Source of the DNA: an uncultured Chloroflexia bacterium
GTDB taxonomy: Bacteria > Chloroflexota > Anaerolineae > DAOTYC01
Direction: 5' to 3'
Assembly: GCA_963843645.1 (NCBI GenBank)
Contig: CAWJLE010000007.1
Span: 36,125-100,124 of the forward strand
DNA: 64,000 bases
The position numbers and the translations under genes were made by a program. Positions 30,320-40,179 of this stretch are shown here, in pieces; position 1 is the first letter of the stretch; each line of letters opens with the position of its first letter. Under the pieces are notes generated by a model. It made no database searches. It saw only the letters and a list, made by a program, of their open reading frames with translations, and was not told the DNA's origin.

Positions 30320-30372
30320 CCGGCGGCTGTTCGTGCGCGCAAGGTGTGACGGGAAAATCGGATGGAGGGATC

Positions 30373-31088
30373 ATGGCGACCCAATTGCTCTATCAGACCG
30401 ACAGTTACCTGGCCGAAGTGAAGGCCACGGTCGTGGCCGTCGACGGCGAGGCCGTGGCGCTGGACCAGACGATCTTCTACCCCGGCGGCGGAGGCCAGGT
30501 GCCCGACCAGGGCGTCCTGGAAGCCGGCGGAGTGGAACTGCCCGTGACGGAGCGTCAAGAAGCGGGACGACGTGATCTGGCACACGGTCCAGGGCGCGCC
30601 GCCGCGCGGTGGGAAGCGAGGTCACGTGCCGGCTGGACTGGGCGCACCGCTACCAGGTGATGCGCACGCACACGGCCTTTCACATCCTGTGCGGCGTCAT
30701 CTTCAAGGCGTACGGCGCGCAGGTGACCGGGGGCAACATGAAGCCCCTGGAAGGCCGCATGGATTTCGAGCTGGAGCACATGACCGGGAGCTTCGCCGCC
30801 GAAGTGGAGGAGAAGATCAACGCCGAGGTGCAGGCCGCGCGGCCGATCCGCGTCGCGATCCTGCCCCGTGAAGAGGCGTTCCAGATTCCGGACCTGATCC
30901 GCACCAAGATCAACCTGCTGCCGGAGGGGATCACGGAGGTCCGCACGGTGGAGATCGTCGGGCTGGACCTGCAGGCGGACGGCGGCACGCACGTGGCCAA
31001 CACCCGCGAAGTGGGCTACATCCACGTGGTCGGGCACGAGAGCAAGGGCAAGATCAACAAGCGGCTCCGCATCGCGCTGGACGCGTGA
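30373..31088 (+). CDS. alaX: AlaX-M-type tRNA trans-editing protein (frameshifts near 30550-30610)
   Basis: LDQTIFYPGGGGQ, MRTHTAFHIL, RMDF, QADGGTHV. Confidence 0.88.
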
Positions 31089-31112
31089 GACGCTCGGGGC
31101 GCGAGGACCTGA

Positions 31113-31766
31113 GCCGAGGCCCGCGCCGGAGGGCGTCCGACCGGGTTGTCGCGTAAGAACGTGCTGTACCTGTCTGAGAGCCAGGGTTGTGGATCTGGGC
31201 CGAGGCCCGCGCCGGAGGGCGTCCGACCGGCGATAAAGTCGCCGGTCTATAGAACAGCGCCCGATCAATCGGGCTTATGGGGCCTGTTGAATACCGTAGT
31301 AAGTCCGATTCATCGGACGCCGTCACATAGACCGGCGACTTCATCGCCGGTCGGCCGGGCCGCGGCGCAGGCGGTGACCCAGATGCGATCACCCCTGATG
31401 ACGATGCCCGTTGGGTGCCCGCGCCGGGGGGCGTCCGACCGGGTTGTCGCGCGAGAACGTGGTGCGCGTGTTAGAGAGCCAGGGTTGTGGATCTGGGCCG
31501 AGGCCCGCGCCGGGGGGCGTCCGACCGGGTTGTCGCGTAAGAACGTGGTGTACCTGTCTGAGAGCCAGGGTCGTGGATCTGGGCCGAGGCCCGCGCCGGA
31601 GGGCGTCCGACCGGCGATAAAGTCGCCGGTCTAACGAACAGCGCCCGATCAATCGGGCTTATAGGGCCTGTCGAATACCGTTGTAAGTCCGATTCATCGG
31701 ACGCCGTCATATAGACCGGCGACTTCATCGCCGGTCGGACGCCCTCCGGCGCAGGCGGTGACCCAG
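31113..31766. repeat. Mosaic tandem array of family-E REP doublets and ~80-86-bp direct repeats
   Basis: gccgaggcccgcgccgg(a/g)gggcgtccgaccgg recurs four or more times; two near-identical ccggcgataaagtcgccgg...ccggcgacttcatcgccgg modules. Confidence 0.85.
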
Positions 31767-31837
31767 GACTCATTGCTTGAGTTGCACGATTCTCAGGATT
31801 GATCTTGTGGCGATTTTTTCCAAGGAGAGAAGGCGAT

Positions 31838-34800
31838 ATGTTCAAGGATGTACCTAGCAGCGTGAGCTTTCCAGAGACGGAGGGGGCCATCCTCGGTTTC
31901 TGGAAGGAGCACGATATCTTCAAGAAGAGCATGGAGCAGCGGGAAGGCGGGCCCGACTACGTGTTCTACGAGGGGCCGCCGACGGCGAACGGTCTGCCCG
32001 GCATCCATCACGTGCTGGCGCGCGTTTTCAAGGACCTGTTCCCGCGCTACAAGACGATGAAGGGCTATCTACGTCCGCGCGCCAAGGCGGCTGGGACACG
32101 CACGGGCTGCCGGTGGAGCTGGAGGTGGAGAAGGAGCTCGGCTTCAGCGGCAAGAAGGCGATCGAGGAGTACGGCGTGGCCGCCTTCAACCAGAAATGCC
32201 GGGACAGCGTCTTCCGCTACGTCCACGAGTGGGAGCTGCTGACCGATCGCATCGGCTTCTGGGTCGACCTGGAACACGCCTACGTGACCCTGAAGAACGA
32301 GTACATCGAGTCGCTGTGGTGGATCCTGAAGCAGCTCTGGGACAAGGACCTGATCTACCAGGGCTTCAAGGTCGTGCCGTACTGCCCGCGCTGCGGAACG
32401 CCGCTGTCGGACCACGAGGTCGCGCTGGGGTATCGGGAGACCGAGGACCCGTCCATCTACGTCAAGTTCCCGCTGAAGGACGATCCGGCGACGTACTTCC
32501 TGGTCTGGACGACGACGCCCTGGACGCTGCCGGGCAACGTGGCGCTCGCCGTGGCGCCGGACGTGGACTACGTCCTGGTGGAACATGGCGCGCATGGACC
32601 GGACGACGAGCCCGAGCGCCTGATCCTGGCGAAGGCCCTGCTGCACGAAGCGCTGGGCGAGCACGACTACCGCGTCCTCAGCGAGATGAAGGGCCGGACG
32701 CTGTTGGGCAAGCGATACAAGCCGCTGTTCACGTTCCTGCCCGTCGACAAGGACTACTGCTACGTCATCGCGGGCGATTTCGTCACGACGAAGGAAGGCT
32801 CCGGCATCGTCCACATCGCGCCCGCGTTCGGCGCCGACGACATGAACGTCGGCAAGGAATACGGCCTGCCGGTGCTGCAGACGGTCGACGCCGAAGGGAA
32901 GTTCATCAACGAGGTCACGCCGTGGCGCGGGATGTTCGTGAAGGACGCCGACCCCCTCATCACCCAGCACCTGCAGGAACGCGGGCTGATGCACAAGGTC
33001 AAGACCTACACGCACACCTACCCGTTCTGCTGGCGCTGCGACACGCCGCTGCTGTACTACGCCAAGACGAGCTGGTTCATCGAGACGTCGCGGGTGAAGG
33101 ATCGGCTGCTGGCGAACAACGAGAAGATCAACTGGTATCCGGAGCACATCAAGTACGGCCGGTTCGGCAACTGGCTGGCGAACAACATCGACTGGGCGCT
33201 CGGACGCGAGCGCTACTGGGGCACGCCGCTGCCGGTCTGGGAGTGCGGCCAGTGCCACCACCAGGAGATGATCGGCAGCGTGGCGGAGCTCAAGGAAAAG
33301 GTCGGGCCGAACCGCGCGGCCAGCCTGGACGACCTGGACCTGCACCGTCCCTACGTCGACGAGGTGACCTTCCCGTGCACGGAGTGCGGGGGGACGATGA
33401 CAGCGCGTGCCGGAGGTGCTGGACTGCTGGTTCGACTCCGGGGCCATGCCGGTGGCGCAGTGGCACTATCCGTTCGAGAACAAGGACCGGTTCGCCCGCG
33501 ACTTCCCGGCCGACTACATCTGCGAGGCAGTCGACCAGACGCGCGGCTGGTTCTACAGCCTGCACGCGCTGTCGACGCTGCTGTTCGACGAGCCGTGCTA
33601 CCGGAACTGCCTGTGCCTGGGCCTGATCCTGGACGGCGACGGCCAGAAGATGAGCAAGTCGCGCGGCAACGTCGTGCGGCCGTGGGACGTCCTGAACGTC
33701 CACGGCGCGGATGCGCTGCGCTGGTACCTGTACACCGGCGGGCCCGCCGGGCAACGAGCGCCGCTTCTCCGTGGACCTGGTCGGCGAAGTGGTGCGCAAG
33801 TTCATGCTGACGCTGTGGAACACGTACTCGTTCTTCGTGACCTACGCCAATATCGACGGGTTCGATCCGACGCAGCACCACGTGCCGGTGAGCGAGCGGC
33901 CGGTGCTGGACCGCTGGGTCCTGGCCGAGCTGAACTCGCTGGTGGCCCGGGTGGACAAAGCGCTGGCGGACTACGACGTGACCGGGGCCACGCGGCCGAT
34001 CGCCGAGTTCGTCGACGACCTGAGCAACTGGTACGTGCGGCGCTCCCGGCGGCGTTTCTGGAAGAGCGAAGAGGACACGGACAAGATCGCCGCGTACCTC
34101 ACGCTGTACGAGTGCCTGGTGACCCTGTCGAAGCTGATGGCGCCGATGGCGCCGTTCATCGACCGAGGAGATGTACCAGAACCTCGTGCGCTCGGTCGAT
34201 CCCGGCGCGCCGGAGAGCGTGCACCTGTGCGACTTCCCGAAATCCGCGACGGCGCTGATCGACGAGGCGCTGATCGCCGACACGCGCATGGCGATGCGCA
34301 TGGTCAGCCTGGGGCACGCGGCCCGCATGAAGGCCGGCATCAAGGTACGGCAGCCGTTGGGCCGGACGCTGTTCAAGATGCGAACCGAGGACGAGGCGGC
34401 GAGCCTGAAGCGCCTGGAGCCGCAGGTCGCCGAGGAGCTGAACACCAAGGAGCTGGGTCTGCTCAACGACGTGGCGGACGTGGCGGACTACGCCGTGTCG
34501 GCCATTCCGGCGGTCGTCGGCAAGAAGTACGGCGCGCTGTTCCCGAAGATTCGGGCGGCGCTGGCCGCGGGGAACGCCTACGAGGCGGCGCAGCACATCC
34601 AGGCCGGCGAGCCGGTCGAGGTGGCGGTGGACGGCGAGGTCGTGGCCCTGCTGCCGGAGGAGCTGGAGGTTCGGCTCACCCCGCGGGCGGGCTACGCCGT
34701 GGTGGAAGAGGGCGGTTACGTCGCCGCGGTGTCGACGGAGCTGACGCCGGCGCTGATCAAGGAAGGGCTGGCGCGGGAGCTGGTGCGCCGCATCCAGACG

Positions 34801-35013
34801 ATGCGCAAGGACGCCGATTTCCGCATCCAGGACACCATCGTGGTCTACTACCAGGCCGGGGACGCGCTGAAGGACGTGATGCAGTCGTTCGCCGATTACA
34901 TCCGGCAGGAGACGCTGGCGACGGAGCTCCGCGAGGGTGGCGGGCCGGAGGGCGCGTTCGCGCAGGAGGCGAGCCTGGACGGGGAGACGCTGCGGCTGGC
35001 GCTCGTGCGGTAA
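31838..35013 (+). CDS. ileS: Isoleucyl-tRNA synthetase, type 2 (several frameshifts)
   Basis: [69 protein letters not shown]. Confidence 0.97.
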
Positions 35014-35042
35014 GATCCGCGAATGCGGGGCGTTGGGAGAGA

Positions 35043-35097
35043 AGAGACTTCCGAAGTTTTCAAAACTTCGGAAGTCTTTTTGCTTCGGAAGTCTCTT
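35043..35097. repeat. REP family A with a duplicated half
   Basis: agagacttccgaagttttcaaaacttcggaagtct...cttcggaagtctct. Confidence 0.85.
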
Positions 35098-35114
35098 CAT
35101 TGCGGGTAGGCCGC

Positions 35115-35143
35115 TTGGAGGAATAATGCGAATATGCTAGAAT
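35115..35143 (+). promoter_or_regulatory. Putative sigma-70 promoter for the two small TGA-containing genes
   Basis: TTGGAG-17-TGcTAGAAT (extended -10). Confidence 0.55.
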
Positions 35144-35195
35144 GGGGCCGCCGATTTCTCGTCGAACGTGGTCCGAGCAAAGCAAGGAGGTTGAC

Positions 35196-35381
35196 ATGTG
35201 GTGGTGGGTGGCTGCTGTCTTCGCATGGCTGTTTTCTTTCGGTTGAATCGTCGCGGTGATGGCGGGCGTGATCCGCGGCAAGGATTCCGGCGTTAGCCTG
35301 TCGGTTCTGGGGGGCTATCTGTTTCACGGCGCGACGGCCGTTCTGGCGCTGTGGCTGTTCGCTCGAGCGCTGGGCTCGTAG
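35196..35381 (+). CDS. Small two-helix membrane protein A with in-frame TGA (putative selenoprotein, 61 aa)
   Basis: RBS AAGGAGG; MWWWVAAVFAWLFSFG-U(35244-35246)-IVAVMAGVIRGKDSGVSLSVLGGYLFHGATAVLALWLFARALGS-TAG; a hairpin directly follows the TGA. Confidence 0.65.
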
Positions 35382-35413
35382 CGCTCCGATCGTTCATTCC
35401 AAGGAGGGGTGAG

Positions 35414-35674
35414 ATGCAGACAGTTTTGAAGATCGTCGGATACGTGCTGATCGTGTCCGGTCTGGTTTGAATTGGCGCCATCATGGGAGGAGTTTTCTCC
35501 CGCTCAGCAGGAGCCCTCGCGATCGATTCTCTGGCCGTCGGCCTGGCGATTCACGCGGTGTGCATGGGGGGCGGAGCGCTCTGCCTCGGCACGGCCGCCC
35601 GGAGGGCGGCGGGTGCCCTTGCCCCGCAAGCCGGCGTGAAGGCCGGCGGGCAGCCGGCGCAGGCAGCCAAATAG
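35414..35674 (+). CDS. Small two-helix membrane protein B with in-frame TGA (putative selenoprotein, 86 aa)
   Basis: RBS AAGGAGG; MQTVLKIVGYVLIVSGLV-U(35468-35470)-IGAIMGGVFSRSAGALAIDSLAVGLAIHAVCMGGGALCLGTAARRAAG...-TAG; in frame with track ORF 35483..35674. Confidence 0.65.
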
Positions 35675-35683
35675 CGGACTATC

Positions 35684-35712
35684 GACTTCCGGGGGTTCCA
35701 ACCTCGGAAGTC
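35684..35712. repeat. REP family A, degenerate copy
   Basis: gacttccgggggttccaacctcggaagtc. Confidence 0.7.
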
Positions 35713-35915
35713 TTTCTTGCCGCCCTCGGCCGCGAACCGCCGGCGCCGCGCGCGAGCCCAATCGCCGCGACGAGGGCGGGCAGCGGTCCAGGCGTCCGAC
35801 TTGTCACTTCTCGTGGTATTTGCGTTTTGACGTGCGATCAAGTAGAATCGGAATGTTAATTTTGCGTTGTCGATCCACTTTGTCGATTGGCGAAGGACTT
35901 CGCAGGAGGCAGGAG

Positions 35916-36266
35916 ATGGCTAAGGGGAAGGAGTACCGTTTTCAGAAACTGTTGGAACACGAACGGGAACATCTGACCTCTGAGATCAGCCGGCTCTCGG
36001 AACAGGATGTCGTGAGCGACAACCTGGGCTACAGCAACCACCAGGCCGACGATGCGACGGAGGCTTTCGAGCAGGCAAAGGGCCTGGCCTTGCGCCAGCA
36101 CATGGAAGACCTGCTCCTGCAGATCGGCGATGCCCTGGAACGGCTGAAACGGGGCACGTATGGAATATGCGAGTCCTGCGGGCAGACCATCAGCGCCGAG
36201 CGGTTGGAAGTCCTGCCCTACGCGCGATTGTGCGTGAACTGCCAGCAGCGTAAAGAGCAGGCGTAG
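35916..36266 (+). CDS. TraR/DksA C4 zinc-finger protein
   Basis: NHQADDATE, GTYGICESCG..I..ERLEVLPYARLCVNCQ. Confidence 0.9.
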   Translation: MAKGKEYRFQKLLEHEREHLTSEISRLSEQDVVSDNLGYSNHQADDATEAFEQAKGLALRQHMEDLLLQIGDALERLKRGTYGICESCGQTISAERLEVLPYARLCVNCQQRKEQA

Positions 36267-36303
36267 TCGTTTCCGGGCTTCTGCCTGACTCGGTTTTGTA
36301 GAC

Positions 36304-36828
36304 GTGGAGGAGCGTTTGCTTTCCAAAAGAGGGCGGCGATTTTTGTTGCTTCCGGTCGTGACTCTGATCACGGTGATCATCGATCAGTTGGTCAAGCGAG
36401 AGGTCGTGGCCGTTCTGCGGCCGGGCCAGTCCTGGGCGCCCATCCCGGCGTTGGAGCGCTGGTTTTCGTTCACGTACGTTACCAACACCGGGGCGGCCTT
36501 CGGGCTGTTTCCCAGCCACGGGTACGTGTTCGTGGCGATCGCGGTGGTGGTGGCCGTCGCGATTGCCATCTACTACTGGCACATGCCCGCGGGGCAGGTG
36601 CTGATCAAGCTCAGCCTGGGCCTGCAGCTCGGCGGAGCGGTGGGCAACCTGATCGACCGGCTGCTGTACGGACACGTGGTCGATTTCATCGATTTCAAGT
36701 TCTGGCCGGTGTTTAACCTGGCGGATACGAGCATCGTCCTGGGCGTTACCCTGCTGGCGTACGCCTTGTTGCGCGACCCCCAGGATGAAAAGTCGGCGAT
36801 CGTTCAGGGAAGTAAGAACGCTCTATAG
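36304..36828 (+). CDS. lspA: Lipoprotein signal peptidase II
   Basis: DQLVK, NTGAAFG, GNLIDR, VVDFI, FNLAD. Confidence 0.95.
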   Translation: MEERLLSKRGRRFLLLPVVTLITVIIDQLVKREVVAVLRPGQSWAPIPALERWFSFTYVTNTGAAFGLFPSHGYVFVAIAVVVAVAIAIYYWHMPAGQVLIKLSLGLQLGGAVGNLIDRLLYGHVVDFIDFKFWPVFNLADTSIVLGVTLLAYALLRDPQDEKSAIVQGSKNAL

Positions 36829-37007
36829 CTTGCGCGCCTGGGCGAGCGAGAGCGAAGCCCGAGACGCTGAGGAATGTCCAAACCAGGCCGGGGCCTCTGC
36901 AAACGAGACGCCGGCCTTCTGTTTGGCGGCGCCGGCGAGATGCCGGCATCGCACCTGGCCAGGTCGAGCTGTTTTCGTGCGAGAAGGGAAAGAGGGTGCG
37001 AAGGAAC

Positions 37008-37928
37008 ATGACTGAAGACGTGGAATTGCGATGGACCGCTGAGACAAAGGACGAGCGCATCGACAAGCTGCTGGTCGTTCGGGTGCCCGAACGGTCGCGC
37101 TCGGCGCTGCAGAAGATCATCGAGGACGGCCTGCTGACCGTCAACGGCCGGCCCGTCAAGCCGAACTATCGGACGCGGATAGGCGACGCCATCTACGCGC
37201 GCATCCCGGCCGAGCCGTCGCCCGTGGCGCCTCTGGCGGAAGAGATCCCGCTCGTCGTGGTCTACGAGGACGACCATCTGCTGGTGATCGACAAGCCGGC
37301 GGGCATGGTGGTGCATCCGGCCGTGGGGCATCAAGGCGGCACGCTCGTCAACGCGCTTCTGTCGCGCCTGCCGGACATCGCGGACGAGGACCAGCCGGAC
37401 CGGCCGGGCATCGTGCACCGGCTGGACATGGAGACCTCGGGGCTGATCCTGGTCGCCAAGACCGCCGCCGTGCGGGCGACGCTGCAGGCGCAGTTCAAAG
37501 GGCGCGAGATCCACAAGACCTACCTGGCGCTGGTAGAAGGCCAGGTGGCGGCCAGCCACGGCATGATCGACGCGGCGTTGGGGCGAGACCCGCGGCAGAG
37601 AAAGCGCATCTCGGTGACGGCGGACGGGCGTGAGGCGATGACCGAGTACCGCGTGCTTGAGCTCTTCCAGCACCAGAGCTACCTGGAGGTCCAGCCTCAG
37701 ACGGGACGAACCCACCAGATTCGCGTGCACCTGGCCTACATCGACCATCCGGTCGTCGGGGACGGAGTCTACGGCTTTCGGAAGCAGCGGATCAAGCTGC
37801 ACCGGCACTTTCTGCACGCGGCCCGGCTCGTCTTCCAACATCCGGTCACCGGCGAGGCGCTGAGCCTGGAGGCGCCGCTGCCGCCGGAGCTGCAGGCCGT
37901 GCTGGACGAGCTGCGGCAGGAACACTGA
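37008..37928 (+). CDS. rluD: RluA/RluD pseudouridine synthase
   Basis: S4 domain, KPAGMVVHP, HRLDMETSG, GRTHQIRVH. Confidence 0.92.
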   Translation: MTEDVELRWTAETKDERIDKLLVVRVPERSRSALQKIIEDGLLTVNGRPVKPNYRTRIGDAIYARIPAEPSPVAPLAEEIPLVVVYEDDHLLVIDKPAGMVVHPAVGHQGGTLVNALLSRLPDIADEDQPDRPGIVHRLDMETSGLILVAKTAAVRATLQAQFKGREIHKTYLALVEGQVAASHGMIDAALGRDPRQRKRISVTADGREAMTEYRVLELFQHQSYLEVQPQTGRTHQIRVHLAYIDHPVVGDGVYGFRKQRIKLHRHFLHAARLVFQHPVTGEALSLEAPLPPELQAVLDELRQEH

Positions 37929-37973
37929 GAAAACTGAGGGGACACTGAAAGGGGACACAGGAGACAAAGAGGC

Positions 37974-39122
37974 ATGGACAACGTGATGGACACAGACATG
38001 GCGTTGAACGCGGCGGCGCGGCCGGCTTCGTCGGTGAGGTGGGGGCAAGTCGTGGCCTTCGTGGGCCTGACGTTCGGGCTGACGTACGCCTACAACCTGC
38101 TCGAAGTCCTGACCATCGGCTACGGTGCGGCCAGCCCGGCCCTGGGCGTGGTGCTGCAGGGCATGATGGTGATTCCGGCTTGGTCGGCGTTCGTGCTGCA
38201 GGTCTTCTTCTTTCGGGACAGCGTGGTGTACTACCGCAGGCCTTTCAGCTGGGCGCGGGTGTTCGCCTACTTCTACCTGGTCTTCGGCCTGCTATTTCTG
38301 GCGGCGGCCGTCGTGGCGGAGCTGTCGAGCGACGCGGCGCTGGCGACCACGATCCGCGCCACGACCCAGATGGCGGTCCTGGCCGGGCTGATCTTCGTCG
38401 TGGTCCTGCAGTTCGTCGCGCCGAAGGCGGACCGGCAGAGCGCCTACCTGGCGTTCGGCCACATCAAGTGGTATGCGCTGTTCGGCCTGGGGCTGATCGC
38501 CATGTATGGAGCCATGACGGCCCTGAACTACGCCTTCAACCTGGGCCAGGTGATCGATGTGAAGGCGGTCATTCAGCAGTTGATGGCGGCGGCCGGGCAG
38601 CAGCCGGCGGGCCCGAATCAGGTGCCGACCCTGGTGTTTCTGGTGACGACCGGCATACAGACCGCGGTGTTCGCCCCGTTCCTGGCCATACTGATCTCCG
38701 TCGGCGAGGAGTACGGCTGGCGGGGGACCCTGCAGCCGGAGCTGATGAAGCTGGGCCGGATCAAGGGCGTCGCCCTGGTCGGGCTGATCTGGGGTGTGTG
38801 GCACGCGCCGATCATCGCCATGGGGCACAATTACCCCGGCTATCCGGTGGCGGGCATCTTCCTGATGACGCTCTACACGCTGGGCCTGGGCTTCATCCTC
38901 GGCCTGGCCTTCATTAAGTCGGGCAGCGTCTGGGTGGCGGCCTACCTTCACGGCGTGAACAACCAGGTGTACAGCTTCCTGGTCATGCTGGTCTACCGGC
39001 CGAACGATCCGGTGTGGTCCTTCGGGGCGGGGGTCTTCGGCATCGTGGTGCTGCTGGCGATCGCGGGGCTGTTGCTGCTGGACCCGAGCTGGCGGGAGCG
39101 CGGGCCGGTGGTCGCGGCGTAG
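37974..39122 (+). CDS. CPBP (CAAX/Abi) intramembrane metalloprotease
   Basis: GEEYGWRG, WGVWH, AYLHGVNN. Confidence 0.9.
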   Translation: MDNVMDTDMALNAAARPASSVRWGQVVAFVGLTFGLTYAYNLLEVLTIGYGAASPALGVVLQGMMVIPAWSAFVLQVFFFRDSVVYYRRPFSWARVFAYFYLVFGLLFLAAAVVAELSSDAALATTIRATTQMAVLAGLIFVVVLQFVAPKADRQSAYLAFGHIKWYALFGLGLIAMYGAMTALNYAFNLGQVIDVKAVIQQLMAAAGQQPAGPNQVPTLVFLVTTGIQTAVFAPFLAILISVGEEYGWRGTLQPELMKLGRIKGVALVGLIWGVWHAPIIAMGHNYPGYPVAGIFLMTLYTLGLGFILGLAFIKSGSVWVAAYLHGVNNQVYSFLVMLVYRPNDPVWSFGAGVFGIVVLLAIAGLLLLDPSWRERGPVVAA

Positions 39123-39128
39123 GGACGG

Positions 39129-39219
39129 ACCTCTCTCCCGGCCTCTCCCCTGAGAAGGGAGAGGAGCAAGACGTTGTCGTTCTCCTCTCCCTTCTCAGGG
39201 GAGAGGCGGGAGAGAGGTC
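39129..39219. repeat. REP family B doublet
   Basis: Inverted doublet immediately after the stop codon. Confidence 0.85.
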
Positions 39220-39239
39220 TGCCAGGTGGCTTGCCTGGC

Positions 39240-40035
39240 TCAGCGCCTCGGCGCCGGGAGGCCCGCGCGGACGCCGTCGACGAGCCGATCGACGGCCTTC
39301 GACAGGAACACGAAGTCGACGGCCATGCCGAGGAACTGCATGCCGGCCGCAATGTAGGCCAGGTTGTCCGCGGGAGCGCGAGCCGGTGGTCACGGCGTAG
39401 GGAGCCTGGCCGCGTGCGGGGGAGCAGCCGGGCGGCTGAAGCCGCGGCTGCCTCGACGAAGCCCGCCTGCGCGGGCTAAGGGCAACGACAGCCCTCGCGC
39501 GAGGAAGTCTTCCGACGTTTCCAAAACCTCGGAGGGCTTCCGCCGGGCAGGCGTCCGCTGTTGCCGTTAGCCCGCGCAGGCGGGCTTCGTTAAGGCAGGC
39601 GCGGCTTCAGCCGCCCTGCTGCTCGCGCGCGTGGCCACAGCCGGCGGTCAGCGCCTCGGCGCCGGGAGGCCCGCGCGGACGCCGTCGACGAGCCGATCGA
39701 CGGCCTTCGACAGGAACACGAAGTCGACGGCCATGCCGAGGAACTGCATGCCGGCCGCAATGTAGGCCAGGTTGTCCGCGGGAGCGCGAGCCGGTGGTCG
39801 CGGCGTAGGGAGCCTGGCCGCGAGCGGGGGAGCAGCCGGGCGGCTGAAGCCACGGCTGCCTCGACGAAGCCCGCCTGCGCGGGCTAAGGGCAGCGACAGC
39901 CCTCGCGCGAGGAAGCCTTCCGACGTTTCCAAACCTCGGAGGGCTTTCGCCGGGCAGGCGTCCGCTGTTGCCGTTAGCCCGCGCAGGCGGGCTTCGTTAA
40001 GGCAGCCGCGGCTTCAGCCGCCCGGCTGCTCGCGC
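39240..40035. repeat. ~408-bp tandem duplication (gene 3' fragment plus family D/A composite REP)
   Basis: Copies start at 39240 and 39648 and differ by a few substitutions. Confidence 0.85.
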
Positions 40036-40147
40036 GCACCATACACTCGGCGGTGCACGGATCGCTGAACGTGACCCACGCTCCCAGGCACACCTCTCCA
40101 CGCTGCAGTTTGCTCTTGAACGTGACGTTCTCGTCTGTGAGTCTCAT
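39648..40147 (-). pseudogene. HpcH/HpaI aldolase remnant with the middle replaced by a REP composite
   Basis: N-terminus MRLTDENVTFKSKLQRGEVCLGAWVTFSDPCTAEC (from 40147) and C-terminus AYIAAGMQFLGMAVDFVFLSKAVD...stop; the core is absent. Confidence 0.6.
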
Positions 40148-40179
40148 GAGTCTTTGCCTTTCCTTGAGTGGAAGATGAT

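Noticed and set aside
31113-31766. Possible CRISPR array
   Set aside because: The intervening segments are themselves repeated, unit lengths are irregular and there are no cas genes; it is a REP mosaic.
12484-35013. Programmed frameshifting or true pseudogenes in tyrS, ileS and miaA
   Set aside because: Too many events in essential genes and no consistent slippery motif; assembly error is more parsimonious.
35196-35674. Alternative genetic code (UGA = Trp/Gly)
   Set aside because: TGA terminates many conserved genes here and TGG is used for Trp within gene A itself.
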